This document shows, piece after piece, positions 1 through 10,061 of a stretch of DNA of 64,000 nt; within the stretch, counting starts at the first letter, position 1, and each line of letters opens with the position of its first letter. The DNA comes from Anaerolineales bacterium (lineage in GTDB: Bacteria > Chloroflexota > Anaerolineae > Anaerolineales > RBG-16-64-43), in contig DAOUDU010000248.1 in NCBI GenBank assembly GCA_034430775.1, positions 16,120 through 80,119 on the forward strand, given 5' to 3'. The notes below the pieces were generated by a model that had not been told where the DNA came from, searched no databases, and was given only the letters and a program-made list of their open reading frames with translations. Position numbers and translations under genes: made by a program.

Positions 1-931
1 GGACGATGTTGTCCCCGGGAAGGATACGGCCCTCGGCGACGGCTTCGCACAGTGCGATCGGGATGGAGGCGGTGGACGTATTGCCATAGCGTTCGATGTT
101 GACAACGAACTTGTCCATCGGCAATCCCAGTTCCTTGGCTGCCGATTCGATTATCCGCCGGTTGGCCTGATGGGGAACGATCAGGCGGATGTCAGCCAGT
201 GTAAGGCCCGCTTTTTCCAGAACCTCGCGGATACCGGAGACGATCACCCGCGTTGCAAACCGGTAGACTCCTCTTCCGTTCATTACGATGGTGTGCTTGT
301 TGTCCTCGATCGTTTCCAACGAGGCCGGCATTTGGCTGCCCCCGGCCGGAACCACCAACAGGTCTCCGCCCGAACCGTCCGCATGCAGCGCAAAGGAAAG
401 CACTCCCCCGGGCTTTTCACTCGCCCGAAGCACAACCGCACCCGCACCGTCACCGAACAGGACGCATGTGGAGCGGTCGTTCCAATCGATCATACGGGAC
501 ATGGTTTCCGAGCCGATTACCAGCGCGTTCGAATACGCTCCGCCGGTGATCATCTGCGATGCGACCGAGAGGGCGTAGGGGAATCCGGAACAAGCCGCCA
601 GCAAATCGAACGCGGCGGCGTCGTTGGCGCCGAGCTGATCCTGCACGACGCAGGCCGTCGAAGGCAGAAGGAATTCCGGCAGGCTGGTGGCGACGATGAT
701 CAGGTCGAGTTTTCTGGCGGGCAAGCCGGCCGTTATCAGCGCCTGGATGGCCGCCTCCACCGCAAGGGTGGCAGTGGATTCGCGCGGTCCGGCGATATGG
801 CGCTCGCGGATCCCCGTCATTGACTGGATCCAATCGTCACTGGTATCCACCATCCCGGCCAAATCCTCGTTGGTCAGGATTTGCTGCGGTACGCTCATTC
901 CCCAGCCGATGATGTGCGCGTTACGCGTCAT
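1..931 (-). CDS. fabH: 3-oxoacyl-[ACP] synthase III (FabH); C-terminal end lies beyond the window start
   Basis: Absent from the ORF track because it runs off the edge. Hand translation from ATG at complement(929..931) gives MTRNAHIIGWGMSVPQQILTNEDLAGMVDTSDDWIQSMTGIRERH...AAFDLLAACSGFPYALSVASQMITGG, the KAS III active-site Cys context. It starts 7 nt after the fabF stop. Confidence 0.9.
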   Translation of the reverse strand, partial: MTRNAHIIGWGMSVPQQILTNEDLAGMVDTSDDWIQSMTGIRERHIAGPRESTATLAVEAAIQALITAGLPARKLDLIIVATSLPEFLLPSTACVVQDQLGANDAAAFDLLAACSGFPYALSVASQMITGGAYSNALVIGSETMSRMIDWNDRSTCVLFGDGAGAVVLRASEKPGGVLSFALHADGSGGDLLVVPAGGSQMPASLETIEDNKHTIVMNGRGVYRFATRVIVSGIREVLEKAGLTLADIRLIVPHQANRRIIESAAKELGLPMDKFVVNIERYGNTSTASIPIALCEAVAEGRILPGDNIV

Positions 932-938
932 GATTCCT

Positions 939-2189
939 CTACAAGGATCCTTCCGGCAGCCGGCTGAATACCAGGGCTGCATTGTGCCCGCCAAATCCGA
1001 AGGAATTCGACATAGCAATGTTGATTGTTTTTTCGCGGGATTGATTGGGCGTGTAATCCAGATCGCAATCCGGATCCGGTGTTTCGTAGTTGATCGTCGG
1101 GGGGATGATTCCGTCCCGGATGGCGAGGACCGAGATCACGGCTTCGAGTCCGCCGGCGGCCCCCAGCAGATGGCCGGTCATGGATTTGGTTGAAGAGACC
1201 GCTACGGAAAAGGCGGAAGCGCCGAACGCATTCTTGATCGCGCGCGTTTCACTTTTATCGTTCAAAAGAGTGCTCGTTCCGTGCGCGTTGATGTAATCCA
1301 CCGCGGCGGGCACAATCCCGGCCTGAACCAGCGCCAGCTGAATGCACAAGGAAGCGCCCGATCCGTCTTCGAGGGGGGCGGAAATGTGATGGGCGTCATC
1401 CGTAGTGCCGTATCCGGTGAGTTCCGCCAGAATGGGGGCTTTCCGTGAACGGGCATGTTCCAGCTCCTCCAGGACAAGGATACCCGCGCCTTCGCCGATG
1501 ATGAAACCGCTGCGGTTTTTATCGAATGGGCGCGACGCGGCGGACGGGGGATCGTTCCGTTCGGATAGGGTACCCATGACACCAAAACCGGCGACGGCAA
1601 TCGGCTGGATCGTCGCCTCCGCGCCGCCGGCGATCATCACATCGGCCGCTCCGCGGCGGATGATCTCCGCCGCTTCGCCGATGGCGTTGGTGCCGCTGGC
1701 GCATGCGGAAACGACGCCATGATTTGGCCCTCGCGCACCGGCATGAATCGCCACTTGGCCGCCGGCGTTGTCGGACAGAGTCATTGGAATCATAAACGGG
1801 CTGACGCGGTTCGGTCCGCTGCGGTGCAGCGTATCCATCTCCGTCACCAGAGTGCCCAATCCGCCAAAGGCGCTTCCGACCATTACCCCTGTGCGTTCGG
1901 GTGACGGGACGGGAAGCGACAAGCCCGCCGCGTGAAGGGCCTCCAAAGCCGCGACGGTGGCGAATTGCGTAAACCGGTCCATCCGCCGGGCATCCTTCCG
2001 CCCGAGGACGGCCGCGGGATCGAATGCTCTCACTTCCGCCGCGATCCGTGTTTTATACGACGCGGCATCGAAGGCGGTGATGTAATCCACGCCGGACCGT
2101 CCGGCGGATATATTTTGCCATGCCGTCGGCACATCATTTCCAACCGGGCATACGCAGCCCAAGCCCGTTACCATCACGCGTTTCGCCAC
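939..2189 (-). CDS. fabF: 3-oxoacyl-[ACP] synthase II (FabF)
   Basis: 416-aa ORF. MAKRVMVTGLGCVCPVGNDV start, VVSACASGTNAIG active-site Cys region, HGTSTLLND and GHLLGAAG C-terminal motifs typical of KAS II. Confidence 0.95.
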   Translation of the reverse strand: MAKRVMVTGLGCVCPVGNDVPTAWQNISAGRSGVDYITAFDAASYKTRIAAEVRAFDPAAVLGRKDARRMDRFTQFATVAALEALHAAGLSLPVPSPERTGVMVGSAFGGLGTLVTEMDTLHRSGPNRVSPFMIPMTLSDNAGGQVAIHAGARGPNHGVVSACASGTNAIGEAAEIIRRGAADVMIAGGAEATIQPIAVAGFGVMGTLSERNDPPSAASRPFDKNRSGFIIGEGAGILVLEELEHARSRKAPILAELTGYGTTDDAHHISAPLEDGSGASLCIQLALVQAGIVPAAVDYINAHGTSTLLNDKSETRAIKNAFGASAFSVAVSSTKSMTGHLLGAAGGLEAVISVLAIRDGIIPPTINYETPDPDCDLDYTPNQSREKTINIAMSNSFGFGGHNAALVFSRLPEGSL

Positions 2190-2334
2190 ATTCCCTCCAG
2201 CCGCCGATTTTACTGCTTTAACACCCCAGTTGGAAGATCGATTCTAAGGAGAAATCACGGATTTTGAGTTGCGGTAAGGTTTTGGATGGTTTATACTCGC
2301 CCTTACAGGCAAACGGCGGAGGAACAACGACCTC

Positions 2335-3294
2335 ATGAAACCGACTTTTTCGGTTGTAATTCCGGTATTCAACGAAGCCGAAAGCATAACCGAATTTCAC
2401 CGGCGGCTGAGCGTAATGACCCGCAAGGCCGGAGATACCTGGGAATTTATTTTTATCAATGATGGAAGCACGGACGCTTCTCCCCAACTTCTAAAACAAT
2501 TCGCCCATGCGGACAAACGCGTAAGGGTCATCGATTTCGTCAGAAATTTTGGGCACCAGATCGCCGTGACGGCGGGGTTGGATATTGCCCAGGGCCGCGC
2601 GGTGATCGTCATCGATGCCGACCTGCAGGATCCGCCGGAAGTGATCCCGGAACTCATTGGGAAATGGCGGGAAGGCAACGAGGTCGTCTACGCCGTGCGA
2701 TCGGAGCGGGAGGGCGAAACCTGGATCAAGGAAATGACGGCGAAGCTGTTTTACCGGGTTATATTCCAGATCACCGATATAAAAATTCCGCTCGATACCG
2801 GCGATTTCCGACTGTTGGACGAAAAAGTGGTCAGTGTTATGCGGCAGATGCGGGAGCGGCACCGTTTTTTGCGCGGAATGGCATCATGGGTCGGGTTCCA
2901 CCAGGTGGGGGTTCCGTATCGGCGACAGGCCCGTTATGCCGGCAAGACCAAATACCCCTTCAGCAAGATGATGCGGCTGGCGCTGAATGCGATCACGTCT
3001 TTTTCCTATTTCCCGCTGCAGCTGGCCACGTATGTCGGGTTCGTATGTGCGGTCGTATCCGCGGTTTCGATTCCGATTGTGATCATCCTCCGTTTTTCCG
3101 GGTCGGGCGCTTTCTTCGGGCAAGCCACAACGTTGATTTCGGTTTTGTTTCTCGGCGGCGTTCAATTGATCTGCCTGGGGATTTTAGGTGAGTATGTCGG
3201 CCGGATTTATGACGAGGTAAAGGGCAGGCCGTTGTATATCGTGCGGGAGCCATCGGCATCCGGGTCGAAATCCCGGCCTGGTAAGAAACGATGA
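2335..3294 (+). CDS. Family 2 glycosyltransferase, polyprenyl-phosphate sugar transferase-like (GtrB/DPM1-type)
   Basis: 319 aa. [20 protein letters not shown] and [10 protein letters not shown] motifs, followed by hydrophobic C-terminal helices. Confidence 0.85.
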   Translation: MKPTFSVVIPVFNEAESITEFHRRLSVMTRKAGDTWEFIFINDGSTDASPQLLKQFAHADKRVRVIDFVRNFGHQIAVTAGLDIAQGRAVIVIDADLQDPPEVIPELIGKWREGNEVVYAVRSEREGETWIKEMTAKLFYRVIFQITDIKIPLDTGDFRLLDEKVVSVMRQMRERHRFLRGMASWVGFHQVGVPYRRQARYAGKTKYPFSKMMRLALNAITSFSYFPLQLATYVGFVCAVVSAVSIPIVIILRFSGSGAFFGQATTLISVLFLGGVQLICLGILGEYVGRIYDEVKGRPLYIVREPSASGSKSRPGKKR

Positions 3295-3452
3295 TATTCC
3301 GCAGAGCCTGGCAGTAGCTTCCGAGGTCGGCGGGAAAAGAACCCGATGAAAATGGGTTTGGGGAATCCAACGCGCATTCGCCGGAGGTTGATGGAGTAGA
3401 TTTTTGCAATTACAATTCCACAGGAAAGAAACACGACAGAATCCAAGGGGGA

Positions 3453-4016
3453 GTGATGATCTATCCAATCGATCTGGTATTAATCGCCGTTCTCAATAAC
3501 CGCCGTGACTTCGAGGTTATCCGGCTGCTCGGGTGGTACCGCATCCCGCTCCGCTTTGCGCCGAAGATCGTCGATGTGGATGCCATCGCGTTCTATCAGA
3601 CGGGGAATTTTAAGGAAGAAAAGTGGAGCATCCGCTACGCCGCGCGGGTCCTGGGAGTGGAATTGGTAAAGCGGGTGGAACTGTTCCGCGAGGAGGAGAA
3701 TCATCCCCGGGCACAGGAGGAATATTACAAACTGCAGCTTGGGCCGCTTGAGGCTCTTCCGCGAATCATCCCCGTCCGTTCCTGGAAACGGCTGACGTTT
3801 GCCTACACGACGGGCGAGCGGTTGATGAACGCTGCGGATATCGGCGACCTGGCGATTCCCGCCGGGGATCGGGAGAGTCTGTGGCGGGCGCTGCGCGATC
3901 GTGCGCACCCGGCGGCCGGGAGTAATTTCTTGCCGGATTCATTCCAGTGGCCGGATACGATTGAATCCTTTTTACAATCCGCGAAGAGCACGAGGGGAGA
4001 ACCCGAAGGGCAGTAA
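3453..4016 (+). CDS. Hypothetical protein (no family recognised)
   Basis: 187-aa ORF with a G-rich SD-like GGGGGAG just upstream. Start could be GTG 3453 or ATG 3456. The composition looks protein-like. Confidence 0.5.
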   Translation: MMIYPIDLVLIAVLNNRRDFEVIRLLGWYRIPLRFAPKIVDVDAIAFYQTGNFKEEKWSIRYAARVLGVELVKRVELFREEENHPRAQEEYYKLQLGPLEALPRIIPVRSWKRLTFAYTTGERLMNAADIGDLAIPAGDRESLWRALRDRAHPAAGSNFLPDSFQWPDTIESFLQSAKSTRGEPEGQ

Positions 4017-4070
4017 TACATATATAGGGACTTACTCCGCTTTGGAAAAAAGTGTTCTGGATGGAAAAAA

Positions 4071-4200
4071 ACACAAAGAACACGAGCACGAAGCCCTTTT
4101 CTTGTCCCGCGTGCCTTGGGGTCTTCGTGGTTTACAAAATGGTCTTTGGAATGCTGCAAAACCCAAATCAAACTCAATATTCATCACCAAGACACGAAGG
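4071..4200. repeat. Cluster of TCTTCGTG-type octamer motifs (repeat family B) forming an imperfect hairpin
   Basis: cacgaagc at 4087-4094, tcttcgtg at 4122-4129 (followed by gttt), cacgaag at 4193-4199. 4087-4096 can pair with 4119-4129 with one bulge. Lies between convergent genes. Confidence 0.6.
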
Positions 4201-4251
4201 AATAGGTGATAGAAACCTCTACCTTAGGACGCATGTGCCCTTCTTGGATTC

Positions 4252-4665
4252 TCAACCTTCAATTATTTTCACAATGACATGCCGCTCGCGCGGACCGTCG
4301 AATTCCGCCAGGAATATGCCCTGCCACGCGCCAAGGACAAGGCGGCCGTCCTCGATAAGAACGGACTGGCTGACTCCCAATAGGGAGGAACGAACGTGTG
4401 CGGGGGAATTCCCCTCGGCGTGCATATGCGCCGGGGAGGAGGGTGCGGTTTGGGTCTTAAGGGTGTGGAGGATGTCCGCGGGTACGGCGGGGTCCCAGTT
4501 TTCATTCAACGTCAGCGCGGCGGTCGTATGTGGAAGAAACAGGAAACACAGGCCGCTTTTTACGCCGCTGCGGTCTACCTGCGTTTGCACCTGTCCGGTG
4601 ATGTCGATGAATTGTTGAGCGGTGCGCGAGGAAACGAAGAATGCGTTTTTAAACGGATCGGTCAT
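4252..4665 (-). CDS. yjbQ: YjbQ/UPF0047 family (secondary thiamine-phosphate synthase-like) protein
   Basis: 137 aa. FLPHTTAALTLNENWDPAV and AEGNSPAHVRSSLLG motifs characteristic of UPF0047. Confidence 0.85.
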   Translation of the reverse strand: MTDPFKNAFFVSSRTAQQFIDITGQVQTQVDRSGVKSGLCFLFLPHTTAALTLNENWDPAVPADILHTLKTQTAPSSPAHMHAEGNSPAHVRSSLLGVSQSVLIEDGRLVLGAWQGIFLAEFDGPRERHVIVKIIEG

Positions 4666-4669
4666 CGGG

Positions 4670-5131
4670 TTACCGGTGGTAGGTCCCCATCAGCGAACCC
4701 GAATCCAACAGGTGGCTCTGCATCACCTGCCGTAGTTGACCGGCAGTACAATCACCGGGCAGATCCAGGATCCGGTCAATGGCGAAAAGTTTAAAATAAT
4801 AACGGTGAGGCTTCCCCGGAGGCGGGCATGGGCCGTAATACCCATGGGTTAGGGCGTCGTTGATTCCCTGGCATCCGATACCGGGAACGTCTGGTTTTAC
4901 CGTAATGCCTTCGGGGAGGTCGGTCCGATCGGGGTAAATATTAAACAGGACCCAGTGCACAAAAGTACCGGAAGGCGCATCCGGATCCTCCACCGTCAAG
5001 GCGTAGCATTTAACCGCCATCGGGGATTTTGTCCATGCGAGGGCGGGGGAAAGATTTTCGCCGTTACAGGCGTGCCGTCGGGGAATCGCCGCACCCTCGG
5101 AAAATGCGGAAGAGGTCAGGGGAATGGGCAT
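4670..5131 (-). CDS. YbhB/YbcL family PEBP (Raf kinase inhibitor-like) protein
   Basis: 153 aa. DPDAPSGTFVHWV and PPPGKPHRYYFKLFALD-like (HRYYFKLFAID) motifs. Confidence 0.85.
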   Translation of the reverse strand: MPIPLTSSAFSEGAAIPRRHACNGENLSPALAWTKSPMAVKCYALTVEDPDAPSGTFVHWVLFNIYPDRTDLPEGITVKPDVPGIGCQGINDALTHGYYGPCPPPGKPHRYYFKLFAIDRILDLPGDCTAGQLRQVMQSHLLDSGSLMGTYHR

Positions 5132-5170
5132 GTTAACCTCCTTTTTGTGCCTATGTAACCATAATTATAC

Positions 5171-5310
5171 ATCGTGTCTTTGTGTCTTCGTTTTATTTTT
5201 TATTATTTCAACCCCCTAGCAAAACTTTTTAAAAAATAATGTCAGTTTCTCTTATTAAATTTTCACATAAAGCCAAATAAAACCACTAAGACACGAAGAC
5301 ACAAAACGGA
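5171..5310. repeat. Family B unit: inverted arms flanking a ~90-nt AT-rich core (MITE-like layout)
   Basis: Left arm cgtgtctttgtgtcttcgt (5173-5191). Right arm aaccactaagacacgaagacacaaaacg (5281-5308). 13 nt of the arms are exactly complementary. The reverse complement of 5281-5302 matches 38695-38716 at 20/22 positions. Confidence 0.6.
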
Positions 5311-5316
5311 TCTCCC

Positions 5317-5673
5317 TTAATACAGCAATCCCCAATCCGCGCCGGTATCCTCCTCCATCATCGATTGTTGCCAGGCCTCGTCGCCCATTTCCATGACCAC
5401 CGGCAATTCCAACGCCTTCTCCGCTTTTTGACGGGCATTTTCCATGAGGGCCGGGCCGTACGGGCAAAAGGGAGTGGTAAGGATCATCCGGATGGAAACA
5501 CTTTTTTCCTGGATTTCCACCGCGCGAATCATTCCCAATTGAATGATGCTTAATCCCAATTCCGGGTCCATAACTTCGCCCAGAGCCTTTCGCAGAGAAT
5601 CCGCTTTCTGCGGATGCGATCTATCGGCTTGCCAAAGTGTCTTGGAGGGGGGTGTGTCAGCGGATTCAGCCAT
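5317..5673 (-). CDS. DUF59/MIP18-family Fe-S assembly protein (SufT/PaaD-like)
   Basis: ORF 5317..5718 trimmed to MAESADTP (ATG at complement 5671-5673). DPELGLSIIQLGMIRAVEI and TTPFCPYG motifs. Overlaps the sufR stop by 8 nt. Confidence 0.7.
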   Translation of the reverse strand: MAESADTPPSKTLWQADRSHPQKADSLRKALGEVMDPELGLSIIQLGMIRAVEIQEKSVSIRMILTTPFCPYGPALMENARQKAEKALELPVVMEMGDEAWQQSMMEEDTGADWGLLY

Positions 5674-6316
5674 CTTCGGATTCCTTTTCCACTTCGGTAA
5701 TGGAATATACACACGCATCCGAACCGGTGCGGATGCAGGAAGTCCTTTCCACCGGTATGCCCAGCGCCCGTGAGATCATGGATGCGTCCAATGCACAGAT
5801 TTCCGGATGGGAAAGGCTTATGCGCGAATAGGGACAGGCCAGTTCGGTAAGGCAATACTGCCCGGCGCCGGTGCTTTCCACGCGCGCCACGAATCCCTCG
5901 TCGGTTAGCAATTCGACCAGGCGTTCCAAACGACGAGGCAATGGAAGTAAATCCAGTTCCGTTTTCCATTCTCCCGCCATGCTGGAGGCGACCTCCATAA
6001 GAATGTTTTCCACCACATCCGGAGGGAGGTGCACCTTCAACTGATCCAGAAGCAGGGTGGTGAATTGAAAATACCGGGAAGTGTCCCGGTCAAGAGCGAT
6101 CGGGGTTAATTTATAGATCTGGCGGGGCCGGCCGACGCCATGCCGTTCCTCGCGGACTTCGATCATCCCCTCCGCCTGTAATGCCGTCAGGTGATGACGC
6201 ACGGCTATCGGGGTGATCTCGACCGCAGACGACAGTTCAGAGACCGTCATCTGTCCCTGAGTCCGCAAGGTCTGAAAAATCCTTTCTTTCGTTGGTTCCG
6301 CTCCAGAAGCGTTCAT
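5666..6316 (-). CDS. sufR: SufR-like transcriptional regulator (winged HTH plus Cys-rich C-terminal sensor domain)
   Basis: ORF 5666..6409 trimmed to MNASGAEPTKERIF (ATG at complement 6314-6316). HTH region MTVSELSSAVEITPIAVRHHLTALQAEGMI. Five Cys in the last ~60 aa. Divergent from sufCBD. Confidence 0.7.
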   Translation of the reverse strand: MNASGAEPTKERIFQTLRTQGQMTVSELSSAVEITPIAVRHHLTALQAEGMIEVREERHGVGRPRQIYKLTPIALDRDTSRYFQFTTLLLDQLKVHLPPDVVENILMEVASSMAGEWKTELDLLPLPRRLERLVELLTDEGFVARVESTGAGQYCLTELACPYSRISLSHPEICALDASMISRALGIPVERTSCIRTGSDACVYSITEVEKESEDG

Positions 6317-6323
6317 TTTAGCT

Positions 6324-6352
6324 ATTCTATTGATAATATTATAATTAGTCAA
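6324..6352 (-). promoter_or_regulatory. Sigma70-type promoter for sufR-sufT
   Basis: On the minus strand: -35 TTGACT (complement 6347-6352), 17-nt spacer, -10 TAGAAT (complement 6324-6329). Only 7 nt separate the -10 from the sufR ATG. Confidence 0.55.
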
Positions 6353-6383
6353 TATATAATATAAATATATAATATATTGACTA
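6346..6383. promoter_or_regulatory. 38-bp palindromic operator candidate between sufR and sufC
   Basis: tagtcaatatat (6346-6357) is the exact reverse complement of atatattgacta (6372-6383). The arms extend to 17 nt with one mismatch. Centre is aaat. Confidence 0.65.
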
Positions 6384-6406
6384 TCTAGCGATAAAAATGC
6401 TATACT
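6377..6406 (+). promoter_or_regulatory. Sigma70-type promoter for sufCBD-orf-SU
   Basis: -35 TTGACT (6377-6382), 18-nt spacer, -10 TATACT (6401-6406). The -35 lies inside the right palindrome arm. Confidence 0.6.
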
Positions 6407-6429
6407 CAATCGAATTTAATGAGGTCTCC

Positions 6430-7215
6430 ATGCCTAGTCTTCTTGAAATACAGGATTTGCACGTAAGTATCGGAGAAAAGCCCCTACTTAAAGGCGTCAG
6501 CCTTGACATCCATCAGGGTGAAGTGCATGCGCTAATGGGGCCGAACGGAACCGGAAAATCCACATTGGCCTATGCGCTGATGGGCCATCCCGGCTATACC
6601 GTAACGAGCGGAAAAATCCTTCTTGATGGAACCAATATCCTCGCGCTGACGACGGATGAAAGGGCTAGGCTGGGCTTGTTCCTTGCTTTTCAATACCCGG
6701 TGGCCATCCCGGGTGTCTCGGTCGCGAATTTTCTGCGCACTGCGATCAACGCGCGGCGCAGGGCGCTGGATCCGCAGGATAAGGGGATACCCGTTCCGGA
6801 ATTTCGAAAAATGTTAAAGGCCAAGCTTGAGATGCTGCAGATTCCGGTCGAATTTGCCGGCCGGTATTTAAACGACGGATTTTCCGGCGGCGAAAAAAAG
6901 CGGGTCGAGGTGCTTCAACTGGCGGTTCTGTTGCCCAAATTCGCCGTCTTGGATGAAACGGATTCCGGACTCGATATCGACGCCCTGCGGATCGTCGCCG
7001 GCGGCGTGGATGCCATCTCCGGACCTGATCTGGGCGTGCTGGTGATCACCCATTACCAGCGGATCCTCAATTACATTAAACCGCAATTCGTGCACGTGAT
7101 GTTCGATGGACGGATTGTAGAATCCGGCGGCGCGGATCTGGCTGTGCGTTTGGAAGAGCAGGGCTACGATTGGATCCGCGAAAAGTACGCTGCCGCCGGA
7201 GGGGGAAAGAGCTGA
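6430..7215 (+). CDS. sufC: Fe-S cluster assembly ATPase SufC
   Basis: ORF 6397..7215 trimmed to [10 protein letters not shown] (GAGG SD 6 nt upstream). Walker [10 protein letters not shown], signature FSGGEKKR, Walker [12 protein letters not shown]. Confidence 0.95.
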   Translation: MPSLLEIQDLHVSIGEKPLLKGVSLDIHQGEVHALMGPNGTGKSTLAYALMGHPGYTVTSGKILLDGTNILALTTDERARLGLFLAFQYPVAIPGVSVANFLRTAINARRRALDPQDKGIPVPEFRKMLKAKLEMLQIPVEFAGRYLNDGFSGGEKKRVEVLQLAVLLPKFAVLDETDSGLDIDALRIVAGGVDAISGPDLGVLVITHYQRILNYIKPQFVHVMFDGRIVESGGADLAVRLEEQGYDWIREKYAAAGGGKS

Positions 7216-7216
7216 T

Positions 7217-8626
7217 ATGACGCCGAACGGGAAACCGCAGTGGGAAGGTCCCGGCGAGTATCCGTACGGGTTCCGCGATCCAGAGGAGTACCTCTACCGC
7301 TCGCGTCCGGGGTTACACCGGGAGGAAATCGAGGAGATATCCGCCCAGAAGAACGAGCCGGACTGGATGCGCAAGCTCCGTCTGGAGGCGTTCGACCATT
7401 TTCTCGCGCGGCCGATGCCCACCTGGGGCGGCAATCTCGCAGATCTGAATTTCAACGACATTACTTTCTACATCCGCCCGAGCGACCGCACGCAGGTGTC
7501 GTGGGATGAAGTGCCGGAAGCGATCAAGCGAACCTTCGACCGCTTGGGCATCCCCGAAGCCGAGCGCAAGCTGCTGGCCGGAGTCGGCGCGCAGTATGAA
7601 TCCGAAATGGTGTATCACAACGTTCAACAGGCACTGGAAAAAAAGGGAGTGATCTTTCTCTCCAGCGATGAAGGCTTGAAAAAACACCCGGACGTTTTCA
7701 AGGAATTTTTCGGCACGGTGGTGCCGCATACCGATAATAAATTCGCCGCGCTCAATACGGCCTTCTGGTCCGGCGGATCCTTTGTCTATGTTCCGCCGGG
7801 AGTACACGTGGATCTGCCGCTCCAGGCGTACTTCCGGTTAAACGCCCAGGGCGTGGGTCAGTTTGAGCGGACGCTGATCCTTGTCGATGAAGGCGCTTCC
7901 GTCCATTATGTCGAGGGATGCACGGCGCCGGTGTATACCAGGGATTCGCTGCACAGCGGCGTGATCGAAATCATCGTGCGGCGGGGCGCACGTATGCGCT
8001 ATACGACGATCCAGAATTGGTCCACCAATGTGTACAACCTGGTCACCCAGCGCGCGCTGGTCGGGGAAGATGCGGTCATGGAGTGGGTGGATTCCAACCT
8101 CGGCAGCCGGCTGACAATGAAGTACCCGACCTGTATCCTGCAGGGAAAAGGCGCGCATGGGGAGATTCTCTCCATGGCGTTTGCCGGCCAAGGGCAGCAC
8201 CAGGATGCCGGCGGAAAAATGATCCACCTCGCCCCGGGGACGAGCAGCAAGATCACCTCCAAATCGATCAGCAAAGCCGGCGGGCGGTCGTCCTATCGCG
8301 GTTTGGTGAGGATCCTTCACGGCGCGGCGGGTTCCAAATCCAAGGTGGTGTGCGATGCACTGCTTCTGGACTCGGATGCCCGGACGGATACGTATCCGAC
8401 GATCCTCACCGAGGAAGCGCGGGTGGACATCGGGCACGAGGCGACGGTCAGCAAGATCGGCCAGGAGCAGCTCTTCTACCTTCGCAGCCGCGGACTTACC
8501 GAAGAGGAAGCCGTTACCATGGTGGTCTCAGGTTTTATCGAACCGTTGGTCAAGGAACTCCCGATGGAATATGCGATCGAAATGAACCGCCTTGTTCAAA
8601 TGCAAATGAGCGGATCGGTGGGTTAG
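7217..8626 (+). CDS. sufB: Fe-S cluster assembly scaffold SufB
   Basis: 469 aa. Typical SufB length and motifs ([36 protein letters not shown]-like). Confidence 0.95.
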   Translation: MTPNGKPQWEGPGEYPYGFRDPEEYLYRSRPGLHREEIEEISAQKNEPDWMRKLRLEAFDHFLARPMPTWGGNLADLNFNDITFYIRPSDRTQVSWDEVPEAIKRTFDRLGIPEAERKLLAGVGAQYESEMVYHNVQQALEKKGVIFLSSDEGLKKHPDVFKEFFGTVVPHTDNKFAALNTAFWSGGSFVYVPPGVHVDLPLQAYFRLNAQGVGQFERTLILVDEGASVHYVEGCTAPVYTRDSLHSGVIEIIVRRGARMRYTTIQNWSTNVYNLVTQRALVGEDAVMEWVDSNLGSRLTMKYPTCILQGKGAHGEILSMAFAGQGQHQDAGGKMIHLAPGTSSKITSKSISKAGGRSSYRGLVRILHGAAGSKSKVVCDALLLDSDARTDTYPTILTEEARVDIGHEATVSKIGQEQLFYLRSRGLTEEEAVTMVVSGFIEPLVKELPMEYAIEMNRLVQMQMSGSVG

Positions 8627-8633
8627 GCGAGCC

Positions 8634-10061
8634 ATGGCGCGAAAATCAGAACGGGCATCGGGTAGCAGCGATACGATTGCGGTCAAACCGCCGGCTCTGA
8701 CCGACATTCAGGTGGAAGCCATCGGCCGCGAAACGGGAGAACCCGGATGGATGGTGGATTCGCGCCGGGCGGCGTTTGAGCACTACCGGCGGATGAACAT
8801 GCCCTCGCCAACCGACGAAGCCTGGCGCCGCACGGAGTTGTCGCAGTTCCCGTATTCCGAATTGGATCTGGACGCGTTGGCGGTTTCCGGGAAGGCCAAA
8901 CGCATTCCGGCTTCCTGGCTGAAGCCTGTGGCCGGCGCGCGGACCGCCGGGAAATTGGTGCTGGAAGACCGGGGCGTGCATACCGCAACATTGGACGAAG
9001 AGCTTTCCCGCTCGGGCGTGATCTTTATGCCATTCTCCCAAGCGGTCCGGGATCATCCGGATCTCGTGCGCGACCTGATGGGAAGCGTGATCCCTTCCAC
9101 GGTGGATGTGTTCACCGCATTAACATCAATCATCTTCGACAGCGGCTTCCTGCTGCACATCCCAAAGGGGATCCGGATCGACAGACCGCTGCAATCGCTC
9201 CTGTGGTCCTCCGGCGAGGGCTTGCGCGCCTGGCGGCTTCTGGTAAACCTCGAGGAGGATGCGGAGGTAAGTCTGCTGCACGAGGTGGCTTCGCCTGATC
9301 GCTCGGTGCATGCCGCGCGGTTGGATGTTGTGGAGTTGATCGTTCGGCCCGGTGCCACCCTGCGCTTCTTTATGACCCAGGCGTGGGGGGGAAATGTCGT
9401 CCGCGTCGCGCACGAAAAGGCGGTCGTGCATAGGGATGGCCGGCTGATCTGGGGCAATGCCAACTACGGCGCCCAATCCACCAAGGTATTTACCACAATG
9501 GATTTAACGGAGCAGGGCGCTGCCGCGCAATGGTCCGGGCTGCACGTGCTGGATGGAGACCAGCGGGCGGACAGTTCCACCGCGCAAAATCACCTTGCCC
9601 CGAAAACCAGCTCCGATCTACTGAGCAAGGGGGTGCTGCTAGGCGCCGCGCAATCCCACGCGAGCGGCATGATCCGGGTGGAACCCGACGCCGCCGGCGC
9701 CGACGGATACCAGGGGAACCGGATTCTGATCCTTTCGGACCGGGCCAAAGCGGAAGCATTACCGGGCTTGGAGATCCTCTCGGATGATGTGCGTTGTACC
9801 CACGGCGTTTCGATCGGCGGATTGGACCAGGAAGAGCTCTTCTATATCCGCTCCAGAGGAATACCGGAGGAAGAATCCAAAGCGTTGCTGGTCGAAGGGT
9901 TCCTGGAAGGGGTGTTGAGACGGGTTCCGGAGGAGGAAATCCGGCAGCGGGTACATCTTGCCGTGGGGGCTAAAATGAAGACAATGGAAGCAGGGCATCT
10001 TCAGATGAAAGAATCCGTCCGGAAGCAGGCGGAGCCGGACGCACAGGGAGCACATTCATGA
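8634..10061 (+). CDS. sufD: Fe-S cluster assembly protein SufD
   Basis: 475 aa. Position after sufB; C-terminal SufBD beta-helix motifs (CTHGVSIGGLDQEELFYIRSRGI). Confidence 0.9.
   Translation: MARKSERASGSSDTIAVKPPALTDIQVEAIGRETGEPGWMVDSRRAAFEHYRRMNMPSPTDEAWRRTELSQFPYSELDLDALAVSGKAKRIPASWLKPVAGARTAGKLVLEDRGVHTATLDEELSRSGVIFMPFSQAVRDHPDLVRDLMGSVIPSTVDVFTALTSIIFDSGFLLHIPKGIRIDRPLQSLLWSSGEGLRAWRLLVNLEEDAEVSLLHEVASPDRSVHAARLDVVELIVRPGATLRFFMTQAWGGNVVRVAHEKAVVHRDGRLIWGNANYGAQSTKVFTTMDLTEQGAAAQWSGLHVLDGDQRADSSTAQNHLAPKTSSDLLSKGVLLGAAQSHASGMIRVEPDAAGADGYQGNRILILSDRAKAEALPGLEILSDDVRCTHGVSIGGLDQEELFYIRSRGIPEEESKALLVEGFLEGVLRRVPEEEIRQRVHLAVGAKMKTMEAGHLQMKESVRKQAEPDAQGAHS

Noticed and set aside
4052-4618. 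188-aa plus-strand ORF
   Set aside because: It overlaps yjbQ on the opposite strand, and its 5' part is the repeat-rich spacer.
7918-8700. 260-aa plus-strand ORF in an alternative frame
   Set aside because: It lies inside sufB/sufD in a different frame, and sufB motifs define the real frame.
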